A stretch of DNA of 36,671 bases, from positions 224,578 through 261,248 of the forward strand of contig NW_005434653.1 in the NCBI RefSeq assembly GCF_000315625.1. Direction: 5' to 3'. Positions 1-8,987 of this stretch are shown here, one piece after another. The notes under the pieces were generated by a model. That model did no database searches, was not told the DNA's origin, and was given only the letters and a program-made list of their open reading frames with translations. Within the stretch, counting starts at the first letter, position 1. Every line of letters begins with the position of its first letter. Position numbers and translations under genes: made by a program. The DNA comes from Guillardia theta CCMP2712 (lineage: Eukaryota > Protista > Cryptophyta).

Positions 1-98
1 GGCGAGAGGAGCAGGAGGAAAAAGGTGATTTTCATGGCCCGGCAGAGATCTGGAAGGAGGAGATCCGTCGATTCTAGAGGGCCACACAGACCTCGCAG

Positions 99-836
99 GG
101 GATCAGCGCCGGAGGAGTTGGTCTGGCACAGGTGAGGGCGGCAGGAAAACCTTGAACCTCCTCTAGTCCTTCCCCTCACCCCCGCCCCACCCCTCCTCCT
201 CCTTGCTTTCTCTCTTGTCCCCATTTCTCCCCTTCCTCTCCTCTCCTCTCCTCTCCTCTCCTCTCCTCTCCTCTCCTCTCCTCTCCTCTCCTCTCCTCTC
301 CTCTCCTCTCCTCTCCTCTCCTCTCCTCTCCTCTCCTCTCATCTGACCTCACCTCACCTCACCTCCTCACCTCTTCTGTAGACTTTTTCCAAGTTGTTCG
401 ACCATCGAATCAAGAAGTCTGACGATCAGATTGAGTTGAATCACGAGCTCATGCAGAGCATCAAAGAGCAGGTGGACTCTCCAACCACCACCACCACCAC
501 CACCAACCCCCCAACTCCCTCCTCTTCCTCATTCTCCTCCTGCTTGTCCACCACCACCATCACCACCACCTCCACCTCGTCCTCCTCCTCCTCCTCCTCC
601 TCCTCCTCCTCCTCCTCTCCTCCTCTCTTCCTTCCCTGATTGACGTTTTTCCACGATGATGTCATTTGTTCATTCAATTGATTTATGCTCGTTACCCCGC
701 AGAATGTTAAGAAGGTCATTGACCTACTCCAGAGAGGGGCAAGTGCAAACTTTAAGGAGGAGGTATCTCGTCGTCGTCGTCATCATCATCATCATCATCA
801 CCATCATCATCGTCGACGTCGTCGTCGTCGTCGTCG

Positions 837-873
<37 letters not shown>

Positions 874-2412
874 CATCCTCATCATCATCCTATTCATCAT
901 CCTGTTCATCATCGTATTTACTTCTTCTTAGGTAACGGAGACGAGTGGCAAAACTGTGAGCTGGACTCCCTTGATCCGAGCCTGCAGCGTCCGCGTTGGT
1001 GAGACGAATCCCTCGTTGGAGGAGGAGGGGGAGAACGAGGGGACGAGCAGAAGGACGAGGAAGATAGAGTGAAGGGAGAGGAGGAGGAGGAGCATGATGG
1101 GGCAGCGGAAGGAAAGAGGAGAAGGAGAGAGTTGGGAAAGGAAAGAGGCAGGAGGAGTAGAAGGAGGATAGCGGAGGAAGAGGGGGAAAGCTTGCAGGAG
1201 ATTCGGGGGAACATGAGAACAAGCACAGGCACGAGCAGGGAAAGGGAAAGAGTACGAGCAGGGCGAAGGAGCAGCAGCAGAAGGGGCAAGTGGCAGAGAA
1301 CAGGAGGAGGATGAGCAGAGATGAGCAGCAGGATCATGATGCTGATGATGATGATGAGGAGGAGGAGGAGGAGGAGGAGGAGGAGGAGGAGGAGGAGGAG
1401 GAGGAGGAGGAGGAGGGCACTGAGTGGGAGGGAGCAGACACGGGAGACCTGGGGAGGAATGTCATCGCTTGCAATCAGATCATCGACGCCCTCGTGCGAG
1501 CAGGAGCAGACGTGAACCAGACCAACGACTACGGGCGGACCGCCTTGCACTATGCTGCTATGGAGGGGAACTACACCGCAGTGATGTATCCTCCTGATCC
1601 TCCTCGCTCTTGCTCCTTGTCGTAGTCGACTTCCTCCACCACCTCCTTTTCCTCGATCCTCCTCTTCTTGGTTCCTCTTCCTCCTCATCCTCATCCTCGT
1701 CTCTACAGGATCTTGGTTCACGCTGGTGCCCCTGTTGACGCCAAGGACAAGAGCATCGCGACCGGCGCGTCCGGGTGAGGAAGCGAGCGAGAGGAGGGGA
1801 GGGCTGAAGCTGAAGATGCTCAGAGTTGTGATCGGAGCGAATGCTGCATATCATGCAAAGATGTGGAAGAAGGTAAATGCAGAGGAGGAGGATCCAGGAG
1901 GAGGAGGATCCAGGAGGAGGAGGAGGAGGAGGAGGAGGAGGAGGAGGGAGTGCAGGAAAGGGGGGAGGGTGGCAAGAGAAAGAGAAGCAGGAGGGGGCAT
2001 AACGAGGGTGGAGGAGGGGGAGGAGCTCATGAAACTTGATTCTTATTTTCACGTGCAGAACGAATGGGAGAAGGTTGTACAACTCCTGGAGCTCTACAGG
2101 TCCGAACGAGCATGCTGAGGAAGCGTAGAGGATCGAGCAGGGGAAGAAGCAGAGACGAGGGAGGATGGAGTTACATGCGAGAGTCGGTGGGAGGGAGGAT
2201 GAGAGCGTGGCGATGAGAGAGACGGATAGGAAAGAGGGTGTGGTACGGGGGGAGGAGACGGGGGGGAGAAGGGAGTGGGGAGGAAGAGCACGGGAAGGGA
2301 GGAGGAACAAGTGAAGCATTCCTTTTCACGTGGGTTGTGCAGCAACGAGAAGCCTCCCAGTCCGAACTCGAAGCCAACCCCGAAGAGCAAGGGGAAGAAG
2401 AAGAAGAAGTGA
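99..2412 (+). CDS. Ankyrin-repeat protein, multi-exon, probably 5'-partial
   Basis: Phase-consistent GT-AG exons 99-131, 382-471, 703-762, 932-998, 1438-1585, 1709-1774, 1824-1872, 2059-2099, 2343-2412. They give ...NVKKVIDLLQRGASANFKEE-VTETSGKTVSWTPLIRAC...IIDALVRAGADVNQTNDYGRTALHYAAMEGNYTAVMILVHAGAPVDAKDK...LLELYSNEKPPSPNSKPTPKSKGKKKKK*. Ankyrin motifs TPL/TALH and GADVN are present, plus a basic C-terminal tail. Confidence 0.85.
231..372. repeat. (CTCTC)n pentanucleotide microsatellite in intron
   Basis: Directly visible tandem CTCTC run grading into CTCAC units. Confidence 0.95.
769..915. repeat. Compound (CGT)n/(CAT)n microsatellite in intron
   Basis: Visible. It lies inside intron 763-931 and creates the spurious poly-His/poly-Arg/poly-Ile ORFs. 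Confidence 0.95.
1340..1416. repeat. (GAT)n-(GAG)n microsatellite in intron
   Basis: Visible tandem trinucleotides just upstream of the acceptor at 1437. Confidence 0.95.
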
Positions 2413-2630
2413 ACCCAGCAAGCGGACAAGTGCGACAGAGGAAGGGAAAGAATTGACGAGGAGGGCTGTAATGCGTGAGTTGTGAAGGTCTATCATGTAG
2501 GTATGTGTACAGAGGGCTGGGGAATGAGAAACGAGCACACCACCCAGTGAAGTTCCATTGTCTTGAGATTTCTTAGCGACTAATTCTTCTCTGCTTAACG
2601 ATGGACACGCCATGCTCATGGTTAATCCGC

Positions 2631-3710
2631 TTACCGGTTGCCTGCATCCATGTCAAATCCGTCCTGCTCAGTGGCAGCAGAGGAGGCTTACGGGAGTAGA
2701 AGTAGTCCCACTGGTCTCTTGCACGGCGCCAGTCGTCGTACGAGGCCCAGTTGTTGGCCTGAGAGAAAATGTGTGAGGAAAACTAGAGAGCATGGACGAG
2801 CAAGAATGCAGCAAGGAAGGGACGAGGAGCAACAGGCAGCAAACAGACATAGCATGAACGAGGAGCGGGTTCGATATGCTGACCACGCAACAACGAACTT
2901 CATGTCTCTGCTGTCATACCTGGTAGTAGGTATCCTCGGCCTTCTTGTAGTAGAAGCGAGCAGTCTTCTGATAGTCACCAGCCTGAGTGTAAAGGGCGGC
3001 AGCCTGCAGAGAGAGAATTGAGCATGTGCAAACAAAAGCAATCACTTGTCACCTTTTTCTGTTGTCGTCATTTCCATCAACAGCAACAGGCAGAAGAAGA
3101 AAAGATGTCAAAATCAATCAAGTTGGAATCACAAGAAGAGACGAAGCTTATCAATCCCTCCAAATCAAAATCATAACGTCCAAAACTAACGTGCGAAATC
3201 TACAGGTTCTAACCAGAACTAGAAAAAACTCATTGCTAGTCATCGAGGCAACGGTCCCAACTTCGGTAATCAGAGATCATTCAGGAATTGATCATGAATA
3301 CTGCATCCAAAAGTGTATCTTGTATCAGCCCACTACCTCTCGATATCTGTGATTATACAGCGACTGACAGATCTTACGTACGCAGCAAATTGAAACGCAT
3401 ACTTGCTCTGTCTCCAATACGACAATAGAAAAGAGAATTCATCCTCTTGTATCTTATTGATCTGGCAAATCTCTGATCTCTCGTCACAAACATTGTGTCC
3501 TCCTACCATCACTAACCCGCTGCTAGCCTTTCCAATAAGTTATGACTGCAATCTTTTTGTATCAAGCACCAATTCCATCACTCCTTACACTTTCTTGTCA
3601 GTGAAATATCATCCTGCACACGTATATTTTCCTCTCTGCCATCTTGCATCGCTCTTCTCTCCTCCTCTCCTCTCCTCCCCCTCTCTTACCCCGTAAAGAA
3701 TCTCGAGCAT
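2631..3710 (-). CDS. Small (~72 aa) Tyr/Trp/Ala-rich hypothetical protein, multi-exon
   Basis: Minus-strand exons 3710-3690, 3407-3382, 3346-3337 (10-nt micro-exon, uncertain), 3003-2920, 2758-2692, 2641-2631 join in phase: MLEILYGSKYAFQFAAYREAAALYTQAGDYQKTARFYYKKAEDTYYQANNWASYDDWRRARDQWDYFYSRNR*. The last three exons are best supported. Confidence 0.6.
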
Positions 3711-3739
3711 GGCGGCTTCTTGTCTTTTCCACGCGGCTC

Positions 3740-4200
3740 TTCGCCCGACCCTTCACCCCACCCCCCACCCTCTACTGGTCAACATGACCCTATGGGGTGT
3801 ACCACAACCACTACCCTCCAGGGTTTCTTTTGTACCCCATCCTTCACTTGATCCTGCTCTATCACCCCCACATATTCATTCCAATACCCTCTGAATAGTA
3901 GGGTAGTTCATAGTTTCCACCCCCTATTACCCTTATGAACGCACACCCCTACCCTTCAAAAGCCATAACCACACAAAGGACCCCGGCTGACAACATCTTT
4001 CAGTACAATGGAACCCCTACCCCACCCACCCCTCTTCTCTGTGGTTTGGAACCCCGTATTAGAACAATTGTCTCATACCCTACCCCCAACTTTCTATCTT
4101 CGTACCCCCCTCTAGCGGTCGGTCTTACCATCTTGTACCACCCTATTAACCCTGTAGACTTCAACACCCCCTCCAGCCCTCAAAAGAAAAGGGGTCCGTA
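3740..4200. repeat. ACCC/TACCC-rich low-complexity intergenic tract
   Basis: Dense ACCC, TACCC and CACCC words with strong C>G skew. Same composition as 33520-34480. Confidence 0.6.
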
Positions 4201-4830
4201 AGCGAACCGGACGGCGGTCGCCGGGCCCTGCGGCCGCCGGACCGTCCGACTGACGGTCGGACGGCACTGCGGCAGTGACTCCGGGCCCCAGTCCGCCGGG
4301 AGTCCGGGCCCCGGCCCATGATTCAGTGTGGCCAACCGTCAGTCACGGTTCAACTTTCAGTTCACGGTTTGCGGCTTGGTTGCGCCCGGCCATGCCCGGC
4401 GCACGGCGCATGCGCCGGCCCGCCGCCGGGGCCGCGGCCGGCGGCGCCGGGCCTGCGGCGGCGCCCGGGGACTGCGGCCGGGCCCTCGTCGGACTTCAGT
4501 GCCGCGTTGTGCGGCGCGGCGCGCCGCGGTGGCCCCCGCGGCAAGTGCAGTCACGCGGCCGGCCCCCGGGCCCGGCGGCCCGGACTGGGACTCAGTTACT
4601 AGCCTACTAGTAGTCACTAGTAGTGGCCGCTGAGCCTGCAAAGTGACACTCGGACAGGCACTGAGTTACTTGCCAGTGACTCGTGACTCGCCGGTTGAAC
4701 GCCCGACTCGGAGTCCGGCACATTCCGAAGCCTAGCCTCCGAGGGGTTGAAGTTCCGAGTCCCGGCGGAGACTTCCGGGTGACCGTGGCCCAGTAGTAGT
4801 CATCATCATTCCGCGACATACCGGGCCCGA
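4201..4830. repeat. GC-rich CCGG/GGCC palindrome-rich island with GTGAC/GTCAC/GACTC words
   Basis: Many short palindromes (CCCGGG, GGGCCC, GCCGGC, ACTAGT) and recurring CAGTGACTC/AGTCAC. Similar islands occur at 7170-7600, 8700-8940, 17555-17910 and 34550-34920. Confidence 0.6.
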
Positions 4831-5321
4831 AGCTATTTGATGATCTTGATAATTGAAATTTTCTAGCAAGGCTTCAATCATATTGAAATTGGTTGGTTCG
4901 GAAATTGCCATTCCAGATTTAACTCGAGTTCACGGAAACCTCCTTGCATGCGACCCTTTTAGATGTCAAGTATTGAAGATTTATTGCCGTGTATTAATTA
5001 ATTGCTGTCCCAGGTCAGTTTGTACGATAAAATACGTACCATGGCAAATGTCTTTTGGAATTTTCTTCTGTTGTACCCGCATTTGCAATATTTTATAGTA
5101 CGTGGGTCAATCCAAGTTGCTGACAGCACTAGTAAAGAACTGTAAGGTTGTCTTTTACTACAGCGCGCCATATCCTCGAACTACTCCTTTTCAAGTTCAG
5201 GTCTACTCCGAGCCGTCAGCAAGGGTTTCACTCCGTCTCCTTCGGTGAATTCGGAAAAAGTTTGCTACAAGCCGATCCTATTTGAATAAACATTTCCACC
5301 TGTAGTAAAGTTGGATCCTGG

Positions 5322-5328
5322 TATAAAA
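5322..5328 (+). promoter_or_regulatory. Putative TATA box of orphan gene copy 1
   Basis: TATAAAA 164 nt upstream of the ATG at 5486. An equivalent TATAAA lies about 150 nt upstream of copy 3. Confidence 0.4.
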
Positions 5329-5485
5329 ACGGCCTACTCCCCTGCGCTGCTGCAACCAGTCTGCTCCCGCGACCACCTGCCTGCTCTTTTCGGCCCTGAA
5401 GCTAGATCTTGTGACCTCCCTCCTACATCTCTCTCCTTGCTCACATCCCCGAGACCAGTGATCCTTCCTTCTTCTCACATCCATC

Positions 5486-5785
5486 ATGACCCCCTGCCCC
5501 GCTTCCTTCCTCATCCTCCACGAGCAGTGGTCCCTCCCCCCTGCTACCCGTAGACCCAAGGCCTTCCGACTCTCCCCCGCCCAGCAAGCCTACGTCGACC
5601 GGATCGCCTCGCAGGCTCCCCCAAGACCGCCAAGCCGCCAAGCCGAGAGCCTAGCGACCAGCGAAGACGGGGCCATGGTGCTGCGCAACATTGCAGAGGC
5701 AGTGTGGAGGGCTCGGGACAAGGCTGAGAGGGAGGAGGGGCAAGAGGGGCGGGAGAGGACGGAGGGGAGGATCGTGGGGTACTGA
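5486..5785 (+). CDS. Intronless 99-aa orphan protein, copy 1
   Basis: ORF MTPCPASFLILHEQWSLPP...EGRIVGY. Identical protein to copy 3, with only three nucleotide differences, all silent. Confidence 0.7.
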   Translation: MTPCPASFLILHEQWSLPPATRRPKAFRLSPAQQAYVDRIASQAPPRPPSRQAESLATSEDGAMVLRNIAEAVWRARDKAEREEGQEGRERTEGRIVGY

Positions 5786-6537
5786 AGGAGAGAAACAAAT
5801 TACCGTAGGGAAGGGAAAATATTAATAAAACTCTTATTCCAAACTTTTATTGTGTATCATTGCCTGTTGTGGAGTCAAAAGGAAACTAGAACTTTTTCGG
5901 ATACGGGTATTAAGCGAGAGAGCAGGGATCTAAACGAATGATCAGGAGAGACTGAAGGAATCCAAATCTATTGGATCATGAGAAAAGTACCGACTCTGTC
6001 TTTCATATCTACAAACTGTTTGTTGCAGATACTAACCCATCGACGGTTCATGCAATTTATTCTCACCTTGTCGTTAATCAAAACTTTGATCACTTTCTTG
6101 ACCTCAAAGACCATGGACTCAATTCTATGAATGTAATAAAGCACCTCCAGGCATTTCTGGCTCGATGGTTTCAGGTCATTTTCCTATTGTAGGAGACTGT
6201 AGATTTTCGATTATTGCAGAAGATGCATATTGGGTAAGGGATCTTTCGAAACAATTGAAAATCACAAGCAATAAAGTTTTTTATGAGCCGTCAGAAAATG
6301 TAGTCAGATAACAATCAGATTTGCTCATTGGAGCTTGAACAAGGCAGAGCCCTGGAAGCTGAGCTCGAAAAAGAAGACAATGGCAAAAAGCAGAATCCAG
6401 TACAGATCACATGTCAAACAATTTATATAGAATTAACCCCAAAAACTTGATACGGGGTTACGCTCTCCCTCCCTCTACTTCATTACACAACGAACAAACT
6501 CCCCTACTTCTTTCATTCTTTCCTCTCCTCCTCTCCT

Positions 6538-6834
6538 TCAGTACCCCACGATCCTCCCCTCCGTCCTCTCCCGCCCCTCTTGCCCCTCCTCCCTCTCAGC
6601 CTTGTCCCAAGCCCTCCTGCAAACTGCCTCCGCGATGTTGCGCAGCACCATGGCCCCGTCTTCGCTGGTCGCTAGGCTCTCGGCTTGGCGGCTTGGCGGT
6701 CTTGGGGGAGCCTGCGAGGCGATCCGGTCGACGTAGGCTTGCTGGGCGGGAGAGAGTCGGAAGGCCTTGGGTCTACGGGTAGCAGGGGGGAGGGACCACT
6801 GCTCGTGGAGGATGAGGAAGGAAGCGGGGCACAT
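6538..6834 (-). CDS. Intronless 98-aa orphan protein, copy 2 (inverted)
   Basis: Reverse-complement copy with ATG retained, 6 nt missing after the ATG (MCPASF) and a net +3 nt change (AVCRRAW vs AVWRAR). The frame is preserved. Confidence 0.6.
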   Translation of the reverse strand: MCPASFLILHEQWSLPPATRRPKAFRLSPAQQAYVDRIASQAPPRPPSRQAESLATSEDGAMVLRNIAEAVCRRAWDKAEREEGQEGRERTEGRIVGY

Positions 6835-7169
6835 AATGGAAAAGAAATGCGATGATCTGAAGACAAGCTTCTAGAGTACAAGACTTGAAAACGAGGAGGA
6901 CGAGCACGTGCTTGGAGGGAACTTGTCAGACTGAATTTGGAGAGATTGAGGGAGGTGGGAACAGGGGAGGGAGGGCAGAAGCAGGGGAGGGAGAGAAGAA
7001 GGGAAGAAAGAAGGGCAGGCAGGCAGGCAGGCAGAGAGTGAACGAGCGATATGGGGGGATCACGGAGTTCATGATCAGGATCATGACATCAACTCTAGCT
7101 ATATTTTAAAATGCTTCCTTTACATTTCAAGTATCATGAACGAATTTCATTATTCTCCGAGCTTCACAT

Positions 7170-7600
7170 TCGGTACCGTTCACCGAGTCGTCCACGGAAA
7201 TTGCGTGACTCGTGAGTGATCAAAGAACGGACCCCACCCCCCACTTTCTAGTACCCCTCATACTCCAGTCTAACGCTAGGGTACTGCTTCCCAGTGACGG
7301 ACTGTCACTGAGCCTCGGAGCGTCAAGGCTTACAGGGACTTTCCTCCGACCGTCCCTTTACTTCGCACTGTTTCGTTGGCTCAGCCGGTGCCCCTTCAGC
7401 GGCAGGTGTCGCACTCAGCCAAAGAGTCGGTACGGTACTATCTGGGCATCTAGTCAGTGACCCAGTACGGCCCAAGTTCCAGGATCCCCCCGGGCCCGGG
7501 TCTCGGAACTCGCCGGCCGGGCGGGCCTGCCGGCGGCGAGTCAAGCCTGTATGCCCGGCGCCGCCGGCGTAACCCGGCGACGCACTGCCGCAGCCGCTAG
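7170..7600. repeat. ACCC patch plus CCGG/GTGAC palindrome-rich island
   Basis: Same word composition as 4201-4830, with a short ACCC patch at about 7225-7290. Lies between the divergent copies 2 and 3. Confidence 0.5.
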
Positions 7601-7744
7601 GATTCACAGACCAAATCTCGAGGTACGGAATCTGATTTTACTACACATCCCTGCATGTGGTAAACTGGAATGTAAACATGAAAGGCTCCTTCGGGACCGG
7701 AGCTGGCTAGAATCGCTCGATTCCTTCCGCCTCTTTCTCGCTTT

Positions 7745-7750
7745 TATAAA
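7745..7750 (+). promoter_or_regulatory. Putative TATA box of orphan gene copy 3
   Basis: TATAAA about 150 nt upstream of ATG 7896, followed by a pyrimidine-rich leader as in copy 1. Confidence 0.4.
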
Positions 7751-7895
7751 CCCCCGCTCCTCTCCCCTCCCTCCTGCCTTGCACACAGCCTCCTCGCTCC
7801 ATCTCCTCCGTGTTAGCCGTCACTCATCGTCACAGCCAGTCTCTCCTTCAGTGACTCCCTTCTCCACCGTTGCTGGTTCCTTCTGCTTGATCGAC

Positions 7896-8195
7896 ATGAC
7901 CCCCTGCCCCGCTTCCTTCCTCATCCTCCACGAGCAGTGGTCCCTCCCCCCTGCTACCCGTAGACCCAAGGCCTTCCGACTCTCCCCCGCCCAGCAAGCC
8001 TACGTCGACCGGATCGCCTCGCAGGCTCCCCCAAGACCGCCAAGCCGCCAAGCCGAGAGCCTAGCGACCAGCGAAGACGGGGCCATGGTGCTGCGCAACA
8101 TCGCGGAGGCAGTGTGGAGGGCTCGGGACAAGGCTGAGAGGGAGGAGGGGCAAGAGGGGCGGGAGAGGACGGAGGGGAGGATCGTGGGGTACTAA
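7896..8195 (+). CDS. Intronless 99-aa orphan protein, copy 3
   Basis: 297/300 nt identical to 5486-5785. Homology starts at the ATG, so the upstream extension of ORF 7551-8195 is probably not coding. Confidence 0.7.
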   Translation: MTPCPASFLILHEQWSLPPATRRPKAFRLSPAQQAYVDRIASQAPPRPPSRQAESLATSEDGAMVLRNIAEAVWRARDKAEREEGQEGRERTEGRIVGY

Positions 8196-8699
8196 AGGAG
8201 AGGAGGAGAGGAAAGGATGAAAGAAGTAGGGGAGTTTGTTTGTTGTGTGACAGTACGTGAGTGAGGGAATTTCCGATTATATACACATTTGTTTAATAAA
8301 TCGATTGATACGCAATCATTGCCTGAGAGTACTCTTAGACCAAACATTGAATTGGCTGTACAGAAAACATGGCAACAATACACGGGCAGCACAAGAACGT
8401 GTGAGTTGGCTGTTGCTTTCATTCGTCTCAAATTGATGAAATATCAATGCTGATGCTACATCGTGTACGAGCTGACTGGCAATTCTAGCCAGCTGCTGCA
8501 TGATAGCGAAAGCAATGAAGCAGCTCAGCTGTTTCACACCGCTCTGTGACAAACTCCGACGGTTTCTGAGATGCTCAGGAGCAGTACTGGTATGTGATTG
8601 CCGCGCGGCTGATACCGTTGGCTGATCGGAATTCTGACTGAATTTACTTGTCAAGTTTTCGTCTTGTTCTAACGTCAAAACATTCAATTCAAACAGTGA

Positions 8700-8940
8700 A
8701 GTACTGCTGGACTCACTGAGAGATCAGTCACGGTGAAGGCTCGCCAGGTCCCCCGGCCGGGCGGCTTCGGCGCTTCGGACGCAGGCCGGGCTCACTGCCG
8801 TGCGAGCTGCGGTCCGGGCCGCCGGGCCAGGCCCGGAGGCCCCCCGGCCCGGTGACCGCTTCCGAGTTCACTCAGACTCAACTTGCAACTTGCAAGGCTT
8901 GTTGAACCCCGGCGGCGTCACAGGCCGGGCCGGGGGCAGA
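8700..8940. repeat. CCGG/GGCC palindrome-rich island upstream of the piggyBac-derived gene
   Basis: Dense GGCCGG/CCCGG words plus CAGTCACGG and GGTGAC. Confidence 0.5.
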
Positions 8941-8987
8941 AATGAGATTGGTATGAGCGGGTATGAGGTCACCTACCGACGGTTCTA

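Noticed and set aside
656-1721. ORFs with poly-His, poly-Arg, poly-Leu and poly-Glu tracts (and many similar ORFs across the window)
   Set aside because: They are translations of intronic microsatellites. The real exons splice around them.
4146-4157. TTAA-CCCTGTAG (and TTAA-CCCC at 6433) resembling a piggyBac left end
   Set aside because: No matching AGGG-TTAA right end was found downstream of the transposase ORF. The first lies in an ACCC-rich tract where such a match is expected by chance.
3740-4200. Interstitial telomere array
   Set aside because: No tandem CCCTAA/CCCTAAA units are present, only dispersed ACCC words.
4275-4641. Several overlapping Arg/Pro/Gly/Ala-rich ORFs
   Set aside because: Stop codons are scarce in very GC-rich palindromic DNA, and the ORFs have no protein-like character.
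7551-7895. 115-aa N-terminal extension of orphan copy 3 in ORF 7551-8195
   Set aside because: It runs through the palindrome island and TATA-like box, and homology with the other copies begins only at ATG 7896.
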